64,000 nucleotides of DNA from the human T2T-CHM13v2.0 reference genome, Homo sapiens, in assembly GCF_009914755.1 (NCBI RefSeq), contig NC_060933.1; one strand, 5' to 3'. Shown piece after piece: positions 26,670 through 38,200 of the stretch. The translations under genes and the position numbers were made by a program. Each line of letters opens with the position of its first letter. The first letter of the stretch is position 1. The notes beneath the pieces are model-generated. The model saw only the letters and a program-made list of their open reading frames with translations. It was not told the DNA's origin and ran no database searches.

Positions 26670-26950
26670 ATATGCTGTAATCTTTGTATTTTACTGTCCA
26701 GCCATAAAGAACCACCAACTGTTTCCTCCCAAACCACCATTCTATTATATCTCTGCCTTAAATGTGCCTGGAACACTCCTGAAAATTTACATCCACAAAT
26801 TTTCAGATAAATGACTTTTCATCTTTTCCTAGGTAGATCTATTCTTCACTACAATAATTATCCTATTGCTTAGTCATTGTTTATATACTTGGCACATGGA
26901 AGGCATTTGAATGAATGGATGGATGGGTGGGTGGATGATTGAATGGAACA
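26670..26950 (+). mobile_element. L2 3' end
   Basis: TGCCTGGAACACTC...TGGCACATGGAAGGCATTTGAATGAATGGATGG. Confidence 0.6.
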
Positions 26951-28177
26951 AGCCTGTCATAAGCACTTTGGACAAGCAAGTCAATAGATTATGTTTAACT
27001 ACCGAGTATAGAATGGTGTACTGTGGTCATCAGGTCACATGGGAAAGCATCTCAAGAAGCAAATCCAACAATTGATTGCAAACCTAATGGTTATTGATCT
27101 ACTCTTTAAAGAATTAATGCTGGAGATGTAAAGATTTAGTAGTTTACAGCCTCACACCTCTTTTACATCTGTCAGAGGCCTCATATCTAAATGGGACTAA
27201 AATATATGATGGACCTGTGTTGAAATCTCACATCCAATATTTATTGGTAACATGACAGTAGACAATATTTGAGCCTCTCTGATAATTAATTGTTTCACTT
27301 TGTTTTTAAATCCGCAAGTAGGCATAAACATGATAGATACATGGTATTGTTTTGAAGATTCCTTTCTCCTCTGTAAAAATATAAGGAAAGTATATTCTTT
27401 TATTCATATTAATTTTGTGAGAAATTTATATTTGAAAATAAACTGGTGTCATTATTTTCACAAAATTAGAAAACTCTTAGTCAAATCTCAAATTTGACAT
27501 GCGCTTTTATAATAAATGGGAAGGATAACCTATACATTCCCTTAGCTATGGTGTGTACACATTATTCAAAGTTTACTGATCACTAATATTTATTGGTGAA
27601 GTTTCAAATGGCCTGCCCACTTGGTGCGTCATTTCATAGTAATAATGAAAATAACAGCTGTCCTGTTTTATAACTTATAGTTTTCAAAGCTCTTTCACAC
27701 ACATTTAATCCTTTGATGCCAGCTGGTAATGAAATGTTTTCTAATTATTATGCATCATTGGGCAGGGTGAGCCTGAAGGCCAAAAGCAGTTAACAGGTAT
27801 TAATTATAGCCATTCACTTTTCTCTGAACTTTCATTGACACTCCCACAGGTTACAATTCTTAAATCTTTTAAAGATTTGATTCATTCAGTTTCTCCTATA
27901 TTGATTTGTCTTTTAAATATACCATATAGGGTCCAATTTTTAAATTCTTGTGGCTCAATATATGGTGTTTCCTACTGTAAGTAATATCATGCAGATTGCT
28001 TAGATTTCCTTGTTTTCTCTGGAGCATGTAATAATTTGCGACACTAACAGAATAAATAAATTTAAAAAATGGTTATTGGGACTGAAAATAGTTAAGAAGG
28101 ACTATTTTTATACAGCCCAGGCTTACAGATACAGTATAGTTGGCCAACATGATATTGATGTGGAAATTATAAAATAT

Positions 28178-29866
28178 ATGAATCATTGTGAATTACAAAT
28201 TGAAATCCAAATAGCTATACAGGACTTTGTGGAGGCATTGAGTTCAGAGGCTGTCAACCTTTCCCATCTTATGGACCCCAGTCATACTGAAAATTGAGTC
28301 TTACCATCATGGGAATGAAAAATTCTTTTTCCCAAGCAAGATGAATCATATTTACATGCAAACTTTTATTATATGTGTATTTTATGGTAAATAAAGTGAC
28401 ATAAGATGGAGAAGCATTTACATTTTGGGTAGATTTTAGTGCTATGATTTATGCTAAATAGATGAAAATGTTATCCCATTTGAAGTTGAAGACTAGAATA
28501 AGAGTGCTCAGCATACATTTCATAATACCTAAGTGCAAAACAAAAAAGAGAATCAACACAAAATGTCGTAATTATTTTTTCAGATCAACATAAAATAAGA
28601 TAACATAGGGAATACATTCTTTACAAGTGCCGTGAAAACCCTACATCTTAGCTAGACTACTTTTGTGTCTAACTGGTAGTATGTATATTTTGTACTTGAT
28701 GTTGTTATTTCCTCGCCTCTTGTGGGACATTGCATATTGGCCTTAAACCTTAACCTTTTCCTTCCCATGCTCCTTATATTTGACTGTGTTTCCTCATATT
28801 AAAGAAGCAGGGCATGTTTCTCTGGCCCTTGAGTTTTGGTTTGGCCATGTGACTTGCTTTGGCCAATAGAAAAAGTAAGGCATAACAGTGTATCAGCTCA
28901 GAGCCTAGGCTATCAGTGAACTTGGTGGCTGCCCCAAGCATGCCCAACTCTGATCAGCTGATTTCCAATGGGTCCACAAATGTATGAGTAAGCCAATCTA
29001 ACTAAATACACTGCCTATCTATCTAGCTAGCTACCTATTTCTTTATGTATCTATCTTCTCCCAAATTTGTTGTGGGTTAAAGCTTAAAATTTTTATGAAT
29101 CTGGATTCCTTACAGGAGAGTAAGAGGTTATTTATCTAACACTCTCCTGTGGACTGTGAATAGAAAGAAGGCATAAAATTGTACAGTAATCTAAAAAACA
29201 TAAATATACATCTTCTTTTATAAAGATAACTTCCAATGTCAAAGCAGCAAGGAATAGAGGCAACATTTTTATTTAATATTTCAGATAGTCTTGATGTGCT
29301 TCGTGGTGTAGAAGATAACCTGGACACATCCCTTATATCTCAAAATTAATTAAACTAATATTTATTGAGGACATATTATGGGCCAGAATATACAAGAGAA
29401 ACTGGATATATAGTGATCAACAAGAGACACATGATTCCTGCCATCCGAGTTTGGTGGAAAACACTGATATTAATCTGTAAATGCACTAATAAATACATAA
29501 TGACTGATTTTGGTAAGTGACATAAGGAAAAATATAAAATGCCATGGAACTTTGTAGGATGGAGCATTCTTATAGAGTATAGACAGAAAGGGCATTAAAA
29601 TGACCCAAAATCTACCCAAAATGTAAATGCTTCTGCATCTTATGTCACTTTATTTACCATAAAATACACATATAATAAAAGTTTGAATGTAAATATGATT
29701 CATCTTGTTTGGGAAAAAGAATTTTTCATTCCCATGATGATAAGACTCAATTTTCAGTATGACTGGGGTCCATAAGATTGGAAAGGTTGAGAGCCTCTGA
29801 ACTCAATGCCTCCACAAAGTCCTGTATAGCTATTTGGATTTCAATTTGTAATTCACAGTGATTCAT
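28178..29866. repeat. Inverted repeat: 260-bp arms 28178-28437 and 29607-29866, spacer 1169 bp
   Basis: Manual reverse-complement alignment: ungapped, 7 mismatches in 260. Confidence 0.97.
28720..29000 (+). mobile_element. Old MLT1 (I/J-type) LTR fragment
   Basis: TTTGGCCATGTGACTTGCTTTGGCCAATAGAA motif. Confidence 0.65.
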
Positions 29867-30360
29867 TTAGCAAAATTTGAAAGGTAAGTAGGATTTAATT
29901 AGGGTAGAAAAGTGGGCTTTAGAGAAGTGCATTGCAAGCTAAGGAGTAATCTGTGCAAAGGTTCAGAAGAAGGAAGACACATTGTGTGTTCTTAAAACTT
30001 AAAAAAAAAGGCCAGGGTGGCTAGACAGTGTCCAGTGAGAAACAGAGACCTGGAACATGGCTGGACCCATAGGCAGGACACATATTATACAGGATCTTGT
30101 AGACCATGTAAAAATGTGAGACTTTATCTTAAGTTCAGTGGGAAGCTGTTAAAATATTTTAAGCAGATGGAATTATATTCCAATTAGCATTGTAAAAGAT
30201 CACTCTGGGTGCAGTGGGCAAAGAACCAGAGAGAGAAAAATGGACATAGGGAGACTAACTGCAAGGTGGTAGCAATTGTTCAGGTGAGTGATGAAGATGA
30301 CTTAGACTAGGATGGTAAAGGACCTCTGGAAATAAGCTGCAGAATTTCATGGTAAATTGG
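29345..30360 (-). mobile_element. L2 interrupted by the inverted duplicate
   Basis: AATATTTATTGAGG tail; TGTGCAAAGG, TTTTAAGCAG, AAAGATCACTCTGG, CTTAGACTAGG motifs on both sides of the insert. Confidence 0.8.
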
Positions 30361-30663
30361 AAGTTGGAGGTGCTTAAATAAACCATTGCTGCACATCAAA
30401 CACCTATAAAATCTCAATGGCATATAACCATAAACATTTATTTAGTTATCACATCTGTGAGCTGGCTGTCTACGCTGGGCTCAGCTAGCAGCTGTGACAC
30501 ATGCCTTTCTTATTCTGAATTGTTACACAGTTTTACTTATCACATGGTAGGTTTTTGTTATTGTTGCTGCTGTTGTTGTTCATAGTGCTATCCTTTATCT
30601 TTTCATTGACTAGATTGTAGTTTATTGAAAATATAAATCAGTATTTATCAACCCCCCACTCCA

Positions 30664-30888
30664 TTTTTTTTAGATACAGGTTCTCTGTTGTCCAGGCTGG
30701 AGGGCAGTGGGGTGATGGCACCATCACAGCTCACTGCAGCCTCAAACTCCTGGGTTCAAGAGATCTTCCTACCTCAGCCTTCTGAGTAGCTGAGAATACA
30801 AACACTCACCATCATACCCGGCTAATTAAAAATATTTTTTTAGTAGAAATGGGGTCTCATTATGTTGCCCAGGCTGGTCTTGAACTCC
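30664..30888 (-). mobile_element. 5'-truncated AluJ
   Basis: CATCACAGCTCACTGCAGCCTCAAACTCCTGG; stops at CTTGAACTCC. Confidence 0.88.
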
Positions 30889-32581
30889 ATTGTTTATATA
30901 CTTAAAAATTTTTTAAATATAGTTAAGCATTGACTAAATAAATGGTAAGCCCTTAAAATATGTTTTATCTACCAATTTTTATAAAGCAGAATAATTGTTC
31001 AGAATTTGGAAGGGGTATATTGAATTGACTTCTAATTGATTGATTGATTAATACATTAATGTATTTACCCAGCCTTTTGTTGAGCAATCATTGTCTAACA
31101 GTTACTGTACTAGGCCCTGGGGATGCTGAAAATTCCAAAATCTTATCACCATTCCCATGGAACTCAGAGTCTTGTAAGGGAGAGGGATCTAAGAGATCTA
31201 CAAAGGAAAACAATTATGTGCATTTCAGAATCTAAATTATTACTTGACTATTACAAAAGTCACATTTAAAATATGCTCTTGCAAAATAACTATTAAAACT
31301 TTAGACCAATAAGTCTTAATTATATAGTCTAATTGCAGTGAGGTTTGTTCACATCTTCTCAGAGATCAGTTAGCCTCACTCCAAACTCCTGATCAATAGC
31401 TTAAGTTTAAATTCAAAATCTCCTCACTTGTGCCTTCTGCACACAAAGCTGTACCTTTACTCTGGTCCCCATATATTGCTTTTGGCCCATTCATCACCAA
31501 AGACCAATACTCAGTAAATAATGTGGAAATCAACTTTATCCTTAAGAAGGAGCTCAAAATCAAAATGCAAGAAGAGAAATAATTTGACAAATTCTATCTA
31601 AGTTCCCAGATGTCTCCTAATTCTAGGCATTATATGAGCATGGCAAAAGGCCTTAAAGCTAATACACACATACAAAAGAGGATTTTATGAATTCTAATTA
31701 GAACTAAGAAAGAAAAATCTTTCTTAAAGAGATTTTATAATAAAAAAGAATGATACCGTTTTTTGTTTCATTTCCCAGGTATTATGTAACATTCATTGAG
31801 TACTGATACTGAAATCATACAAATACTTATTTTCAACTATTTTTGTTCCGAAGATTTACAACAAAATAAAGTAAGAGATTACCCCATCTTTAATTTTTTA
31901 AGAAAAATCATAAGATTACCCCATCTGGAATGTTATTTTATGACACCAATGAATAAATTGGGTCCACAGAAGAATGCCAAGTGCATTAGCTGGTTTGTGT
32001 ACTAGATTATGTTAGAAAATCTTGCCAAGTATGAGCTTGATGGTTTTCCAGGCCAAAATAGAGGGAAGGTTTACAGCAATTATTTTTGTTATTCATACTT
32101 CAAATTCATTTGGTCACAAATATCCAAGTTATTGAAGCTAAATGAGAACTTCTATTCATGGAATAAGTGCTAAAATGATTTAAGGTCTAGTGAAAAGCTG
32201 GGGTAAAATTTAAAAAGAGATGGCTAAGTGTTTGGCCAATGTTTTTTCCAATGTTTTATTTTTTATTTAAATATTTTGCTTTCTTAATTTTGAAAGCAAA
32301 AAAAGAAAAGTGATTCTACATAGTTGAATTACTGTTGAAGTGCAAGTATTATGTTTTAAAGAAAATCATTGATCACCTAAGCTTTATCTATGTTACAATT
32401 TCTTTTAAGAAAATTTCTATGAGGAATGGAGAAATAAATTTTATTTGCTAGGTGAAGCTTATAAAGTTAGAGAACTTTTATTAGCTAATATTCAAAGGCT
32501 TATTTTTGGCCTTTGGATGCCTATAAGACAAAGCTTATGTATCTTAGCTGGTAACTGCATATAGAGAGATGATAACTTAAA

Positions 32582-33711
32582 ATTTGCTGTATGCCTTTTA
32601 AGAGATATTTCCTTATCAAATAATAGCTTCCTACACATCCTTTCACTAAGGTAACCAATGATGTTTGTAATGTTCAAAACAATAGATATTAAGTCCTCAG
32701 CAGACATTAAAATCCTTGATCCGTCTCTTCTTGAACTTTTCTGTTCTTTTGGATCCTATACCGTTAAGTTCTTTCTGATTTTTCTATCATCTGGCCACCT
32801 GTTCTCGGCGTCCTTTCAAGTTCATCTTCTGTCTGTCCATTAACGTTGATATACCTCAAGGTTCTCTTCTTTCCTCATTTCCTATGGGACCTTCTTTACA
32901 TCTTCAGTTATCTTTGTGCAGGTGATATGTATTTATCGATCACCAGGCCTGATTTTTCCTTTCAATTCCAGGCCTGAACTTCATCAGCCTCCTTGTCATC
33001 ACTTCATGGATACCTCACAGACATCTGAAAATAAGCATGTTCACAACCAAAATCATAAACCCTCCCCAAGATTTTATCATCTTTCAATATCAGTGGATGT
33101 CACCACTATTCAACTTCTTCTGTCTCCTATAGGCCCAGTGGTCAGTCTTACATTGCCCACTTCCTCACCTCTATATTCAACTCCTCACTGTGTCCTGTTG
33201 ATTTAACCTCTTAGTTATCTCACAAATCCAGCCATTTCTCTACCATCAAAAATTTAGTCCAAAGTGATCTATAATACTCTTCTTGAAATGGTATAAACAG
33301 GTATTTTTATTCATCATTACCTATGCATTTACAGACATTCTCTTTCACATATACACGCACACTCATATACATTTGAAAAGTAAAGTATAAATGAGATACT
33401 ACCACACACATTATGAAATGGGTTATTAGTTTGTCTTGATGACTCTTTAGTATTTGTCAGTCTATATAGATATACATCATTATACTACGTGCATTTTATT
33501 CCATAGAACTGTCATGCCGTGATTTATCTACTCTCTGATCAATAGAAATTATTAATTAAAATCAGGACCAATAATTATAGTGTCTGCTAAGGATTTAAAA
33601 TACTATCCATTCTGTGAAACATTACAAACACCACTGGTTACCTTAGTAAAAGGATGTGTAAGAAGCTATTATTAGATAATCGAAATACCTGTTATAAATG
33701 TATACAGCAAA
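32582..33711. repeat. Older inverted repeat: ~125-130-bp arms 32582-32706 and 33581-33711
   Basis: AACATTACAAACA.CA.TGGTTACCTTAGT.AAAGGATGTGTA.GAAGCTATTATT.GATAA is shared in reverse complement; ~80% identity with small indels. Confidence 0.9.
32710..33290 (+). mobile_element. L2 fragment
   Basis: TACCTCAAGGTTCT, CATGGATACCTCACAGACATCT, CAAATCCAGCCATTTCTC motifs. Confidence 0.7.
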
Positions 33712-33864
33712 ATAGATTGATTTATTTACTCTTAAGAGAATGTAAACCACATTCATGCATGTGGTTTACAAAAACGTTAAATTTTGATAGATATTGACAA
33801 AAGTACCCTCTGAAAATGGTGTGCCCTTAAACTCACACCAGTGTGTTATGAAAGTGGCTGTTTC

Positions 33865-34647
33865 ACCAAAAAACACATGACAAAATGCTCATCATCACTG
33901 GCCATCAGAGAAATGCAAATCAAAACCACAATGAGATACCATCTCACACCAGTTAGAATGGCGATCATTAAAAAGTCAGGAAACAACAGGTGCTGGAGAG
34001 GATGTGGAGAAATAGGAACACTTTTACACTGTTGGTGGGACTGTAAACTAGTTCAACCATTGTGGAAGTCGGTGTGGCGATTCCTCAGGGATCTAGAACT
34101 AGAAATACCATTTGACCCAGCCATCCCATTACTGGGTATATACCCAAAGGATTATAAATCATGCTGCTATAAAGACACATGCACACATATGTTTATTGTG
34201 GCACTATTCACAATAGCAAAGACTTGGAACCAAGCCAAATGTCCAACAACGATAGACTGGATTAAGAAAATGTGGCACATATACACCATGGAATACTATG
34301 CAGCCATAAAAAAGGATGAGTTCATGTCCTTTGTAGGGACGTGGATGAAACTGGAAACCATCATTCTCAGCAAACTATGGCAAGGACAAAAAACCAAACA
34401 CTGCATGTTCTCGCTCATAGGTGGGAATTGAATAATGAGAACACATGGACACAGGAAGGGGACTGCTGTGGGGTGGGGGGAGGGGGGAGAGATAGCATTA
34501 GGCGAGATATCTAATGCTAAATGATGAGTTAATGGGTGCAGCACACCAACATGGCACATGTATACATATGTAACAAACCTGCACATTGTGCACATGCACC
34601 CTAGAACTTAAAGTATAATAATAATAAAATTAAATTAAAAAAAAAAA
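33865..34647 (+). mobile_element. 5'-truncated L1PA4/5
   Basis: ORF2 C-terminus (CWRGC...HCWWDC), 3'UTR, poly-A; 15-bp TSD GAAAGTGGCTGTTTC at 33850-33864 and 34648-34662. Confidence 0.96.
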
Positions 34648-35239
34648 GAAAGTGGCTGTTTCTCCCTACTCTCCTTAAAAGGAATATTTTCAAACTATAA
34701 TTTTTATGTAATCTGATGAGTAAAACTACATAGCAATTTTGTTTTAGTTTCAATTTCTCTGATTACTATTAAGGTTTAGTGTAATTTCATATATTTATTA
34801 TAAAGTTTTCTATAAATTATTTATTTGCATCTTTTATCAATTTTTACTACCTTTTTCTTAACATAGGGAGTATATACATACAGTGATAACTACTACATTG
34901 TCTCTTAAAGATTTTGCAAATATCTCTCCATATTACTGTTTATCATAATCATTATTATTAACTTTTGTCAAAAAGAAGTTTTAAGATTTTTATGTAGTCA
35001 ATCTGTTAATTATTTTCTTTAATTTGTGTTTGTTATATATTTCTTAGGAAACCCTTTCCCAATCCTCAATATTAAAAGTCAGTAGTCCATGAAAAAAATT
35101 ATAATTTGTTATTCAATCATTCTGTAATTTATTTTGTGTATTTCAGTAGGGTTCTAATCTAATATTAATGTATGGGATGAACTGGACTTATTTACTAAAC
35201 CAGTCTTTCTCTGCTAATTTAAATTTCCATTTTTTCATG

Positions 35240-35243
<4 letters not shown>

Positions 35244-35281
<38 letters not shown>

Positions 35282-35285
35282 ACAT
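35244..35285. repeat. (CA)n microsatellite
   Basis: About 17 uninterrupted CA units. Confidence 0.97.
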
Positions 35286-38200
35286 GTACCTTTTTTGTTT
35301 TCAAGTCTTCAGTTTGTTCCAGGGATCTATTCATCTATTCCTGTATTCCTGTGCTAATACATTGTTTGCATTTTTATACCTTTATGGTATGTTTTGATAT
35401 CCGTTATGGCTAGTCACCCCAATTGTCCCTCCCAAATAACCTTGTCTAGTTGCATAAAAATCCTAATGTGAATTGGTTTGGGATCATATTGAATTTATAA
35501 TTATTTTATGGAGAATGTTTGTCTCTTCAATGTTGAGCATAGTGACTCTTGGATGTGCAATCATCATTATGCTTGAGATTCCCTGTTCATCTGTCTATGG
35601 ATGACATTTCTGTTTAGGTTGCTACCAGTTTATGGGGAAGGTGTAGAACATGCTGCTGGTTTTGCCACTAGTTATCTGCCAGGAATGGGGACGTCTTATA
35701 GTCACAGCTATCTGGAGCAATGTTCTCACTATTTTTGCCTCAGTGCTCATAATCCTGGCTTTCACCTGGGTATAAATGTCACTGACTTTTGCAGTTCTCC
35801 AAAGATTCACCTGATGCTTTCCCCAGAGCAAATGTGATGTCCTGCATCTACTGACTCTGGCTTTGGAGGTTTTCCAACCATTTCTATCTCTGTCTGCAAT
35901 GATTTTCATTTTCACATCTGTGTATTTTGAGCTATGCTTTCTTATGTTTTTGACTTTCTGAGACATAACTCCATCAACGTTTTATCATTCAGGAAATTGT
36001 TTGCTTCCCAACAATTTCTTGAATTAAAAAAATTCTGCCATTTTTTGGTAATTTTCAATAGAATGGTGGGTAATATTTTCAGAAAGTCACTTAAAATAGT
36101 TTCTAGAATAAAGATTTAGTAAGACCCCTCCCTGTTAGCTTCAGTAGCTGTAAAGCAAGGATGATGATAGACTTTTTAACAAGGCTGTTTGGAGTTTAAT
36201 TAAATGAGACGAACATGTATCTTATCATAAATATACTGAGGCATAAAATCCACTCTGTAAATATTAAATAACCTCCTTTCCCCTCAACCTTAACAAAAAC
36301 TAAACCTCATTTAAAAAAATTCCAATCCAAGGATTGGGGTGAGTATTATTGGTATAGAGTAGATCATATTTTGAAAGCATCTGCAGTATCTGATTTTTCT
36401 CAGGTAAAATCTACTACCAGAAACACTGCAGGCAGAATGTAAGTATTCCAGATTGGTTTGACCCCTTGGCTATAATCTAATAGCAGGAAAACTTCAAGAG
36501 AAAAATGATATTAGGGTATTCCCAAGAAACAATAGTGACAGTGTTTGTACTATCAAGCTTCTTCTCTGTTGTGTAGCTGCTGCAGTTGCAATTCCTTACC
36601 TCAATGACATCTCAGTGAAGGTAGGTCCCAGAACAACAATTAACACATCATCACAATAAAGGCCATGAAACAACAGTCACCTCAATGTGATAATATCATA
36701 CAGTGTCTTTTAAAGCCCTGGTGGTTGATTATTTTAATTAAAATTTAAAAAGTGATCATCTGTCCTGTTTGTAATCATAATCAAGTTGTTGCATGAGCTT
36801 TTCAAAATGAAAATTTTACAACTACATATAATTTTAATTTTTCAGTTTTTTTAAAACTCAGACTTGGATGTACATAAAAAGTGAAGGCTTGTAGCAGATA
36901 TTAATATGGCCATTACCGATGAGAAATAGAGAAGTTGAGTGATGGTCCTTGAATAAGAGCATGGTAAGTCAGGGTAAAGCATAGATCTATGATGGATTTT
37001 TTTTGGCTTTTAGACTAGCATTTTTTCCCCCCTCTGATCTGTACTGCTGCTTTTCTTTTCCCTTTTTGATGTACATGAAGGTCATTTGCTGTGATGCTAA
37101 ATATTGCACATTCTGTCCTGGCAGAGTTGGCACCCAAATCAAAACATAAATAAATACAGTAAAAAGAAAAATGAAGGGCTGTACGTGTCTGGAAGTGTCT
37201 TCAGTGAATCTGAAATTTCAAGGATGACTTGGAGGTCCCAGTGACTCATGAAACAGGAATGTTAGCCAACCCTGATGTAATATTTTATATGAAGGGCTTT
37301 TCATTTACAAAGGTCTCAGTATTTAGCAAACTTAGCTATCCTAAGGCATTCATTTCATCCTTCACAGACTAATGATGTGCAAATAAGATTGGATGGACCT
37401 GAGAAGTCATTTAACATACAGCAAGTGTTTATAGCAACTGAGCTAAGTGGATAAAAAAGACCCTGTTCTTTTGAAACTACAGGGTAAGGCTTTAAGCCAG
37501 CAGCCACAGTGATCCAGCTAAGCTGACTCTGTCCAGGATTCTGGGCTACGGGGAACATGACCATGGGCCAACTATATTTGCTAACCACACATTAAAAGTT
37601 ATGAAATGTTTATTTTTGGCTTTTTCGTCTAGGGAAAGTTAAAGATCATATCTGTAACCAAATAGGCTTATGAGCCCTCCATACTTTAGGCCTTCTCTGT
37701 AACCCTAGTCTGTGCAAACAACCTCAGTTTTATCCCTTTTATAAGGGAGAAGAGATTATCATTCTTTATTGGTGAGCTACCATAAGTACTGAATTATATT
37801 CAGTTGGTAACATCAGAATTGTTTTGAGCTGTCTGCTTTTGTGAGTCTAATGTTTTGAGGACCATCTGTCTGCCTCTTGGAGACCATGGTCTTACTTGAT
37901 TCTGTTGATACAGTTCTTTCTTCTTGAAAACCAGCATGCTAGTACTGTAGGAGAAACTGCCGATGTCAGGTTTTTAAATTGTATTAGGGAACCCACTCTG
38001 TTACAACCCATCCCATGTGCCTATAAATGTGGAGCACAGGTAAGCTACACAGATGTAAAACTTTGTTTCATGTAGTCCATCTGGTCCTCAAAAGAAATTT
38101 TTTCATTTTGAATTAATACCTTTCTTTCTTTCTAGAAATATTCAGCACATTGGCTTTTTGTGTTCTTAGTTTTGTTCTGGACTCTATTCCTAAAGTCAGA

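Larger units (their letters stand above)
33350..35520 (-). mobile_element. Old L1ME-type fragment interrupted by the IR arm and an L1PA
   Basis: T-rich; CAATTTCTCTGATTACT, TTTATGTAGTCAATCTG, TTTATGGTATGTTTTGATATC motifs. Confidence 0.6.

Noticed and set aside
28010-28297. 95-aa ORF overlapping the inverted-repeat arm
   Set aside because: Non-ATG start, no recognisable homology or splice context
33841-34431. 196-aa ORF
   Set aside because: C-terminus of a truncated L1 ORF2 with a non-ATG start in flanking DNA
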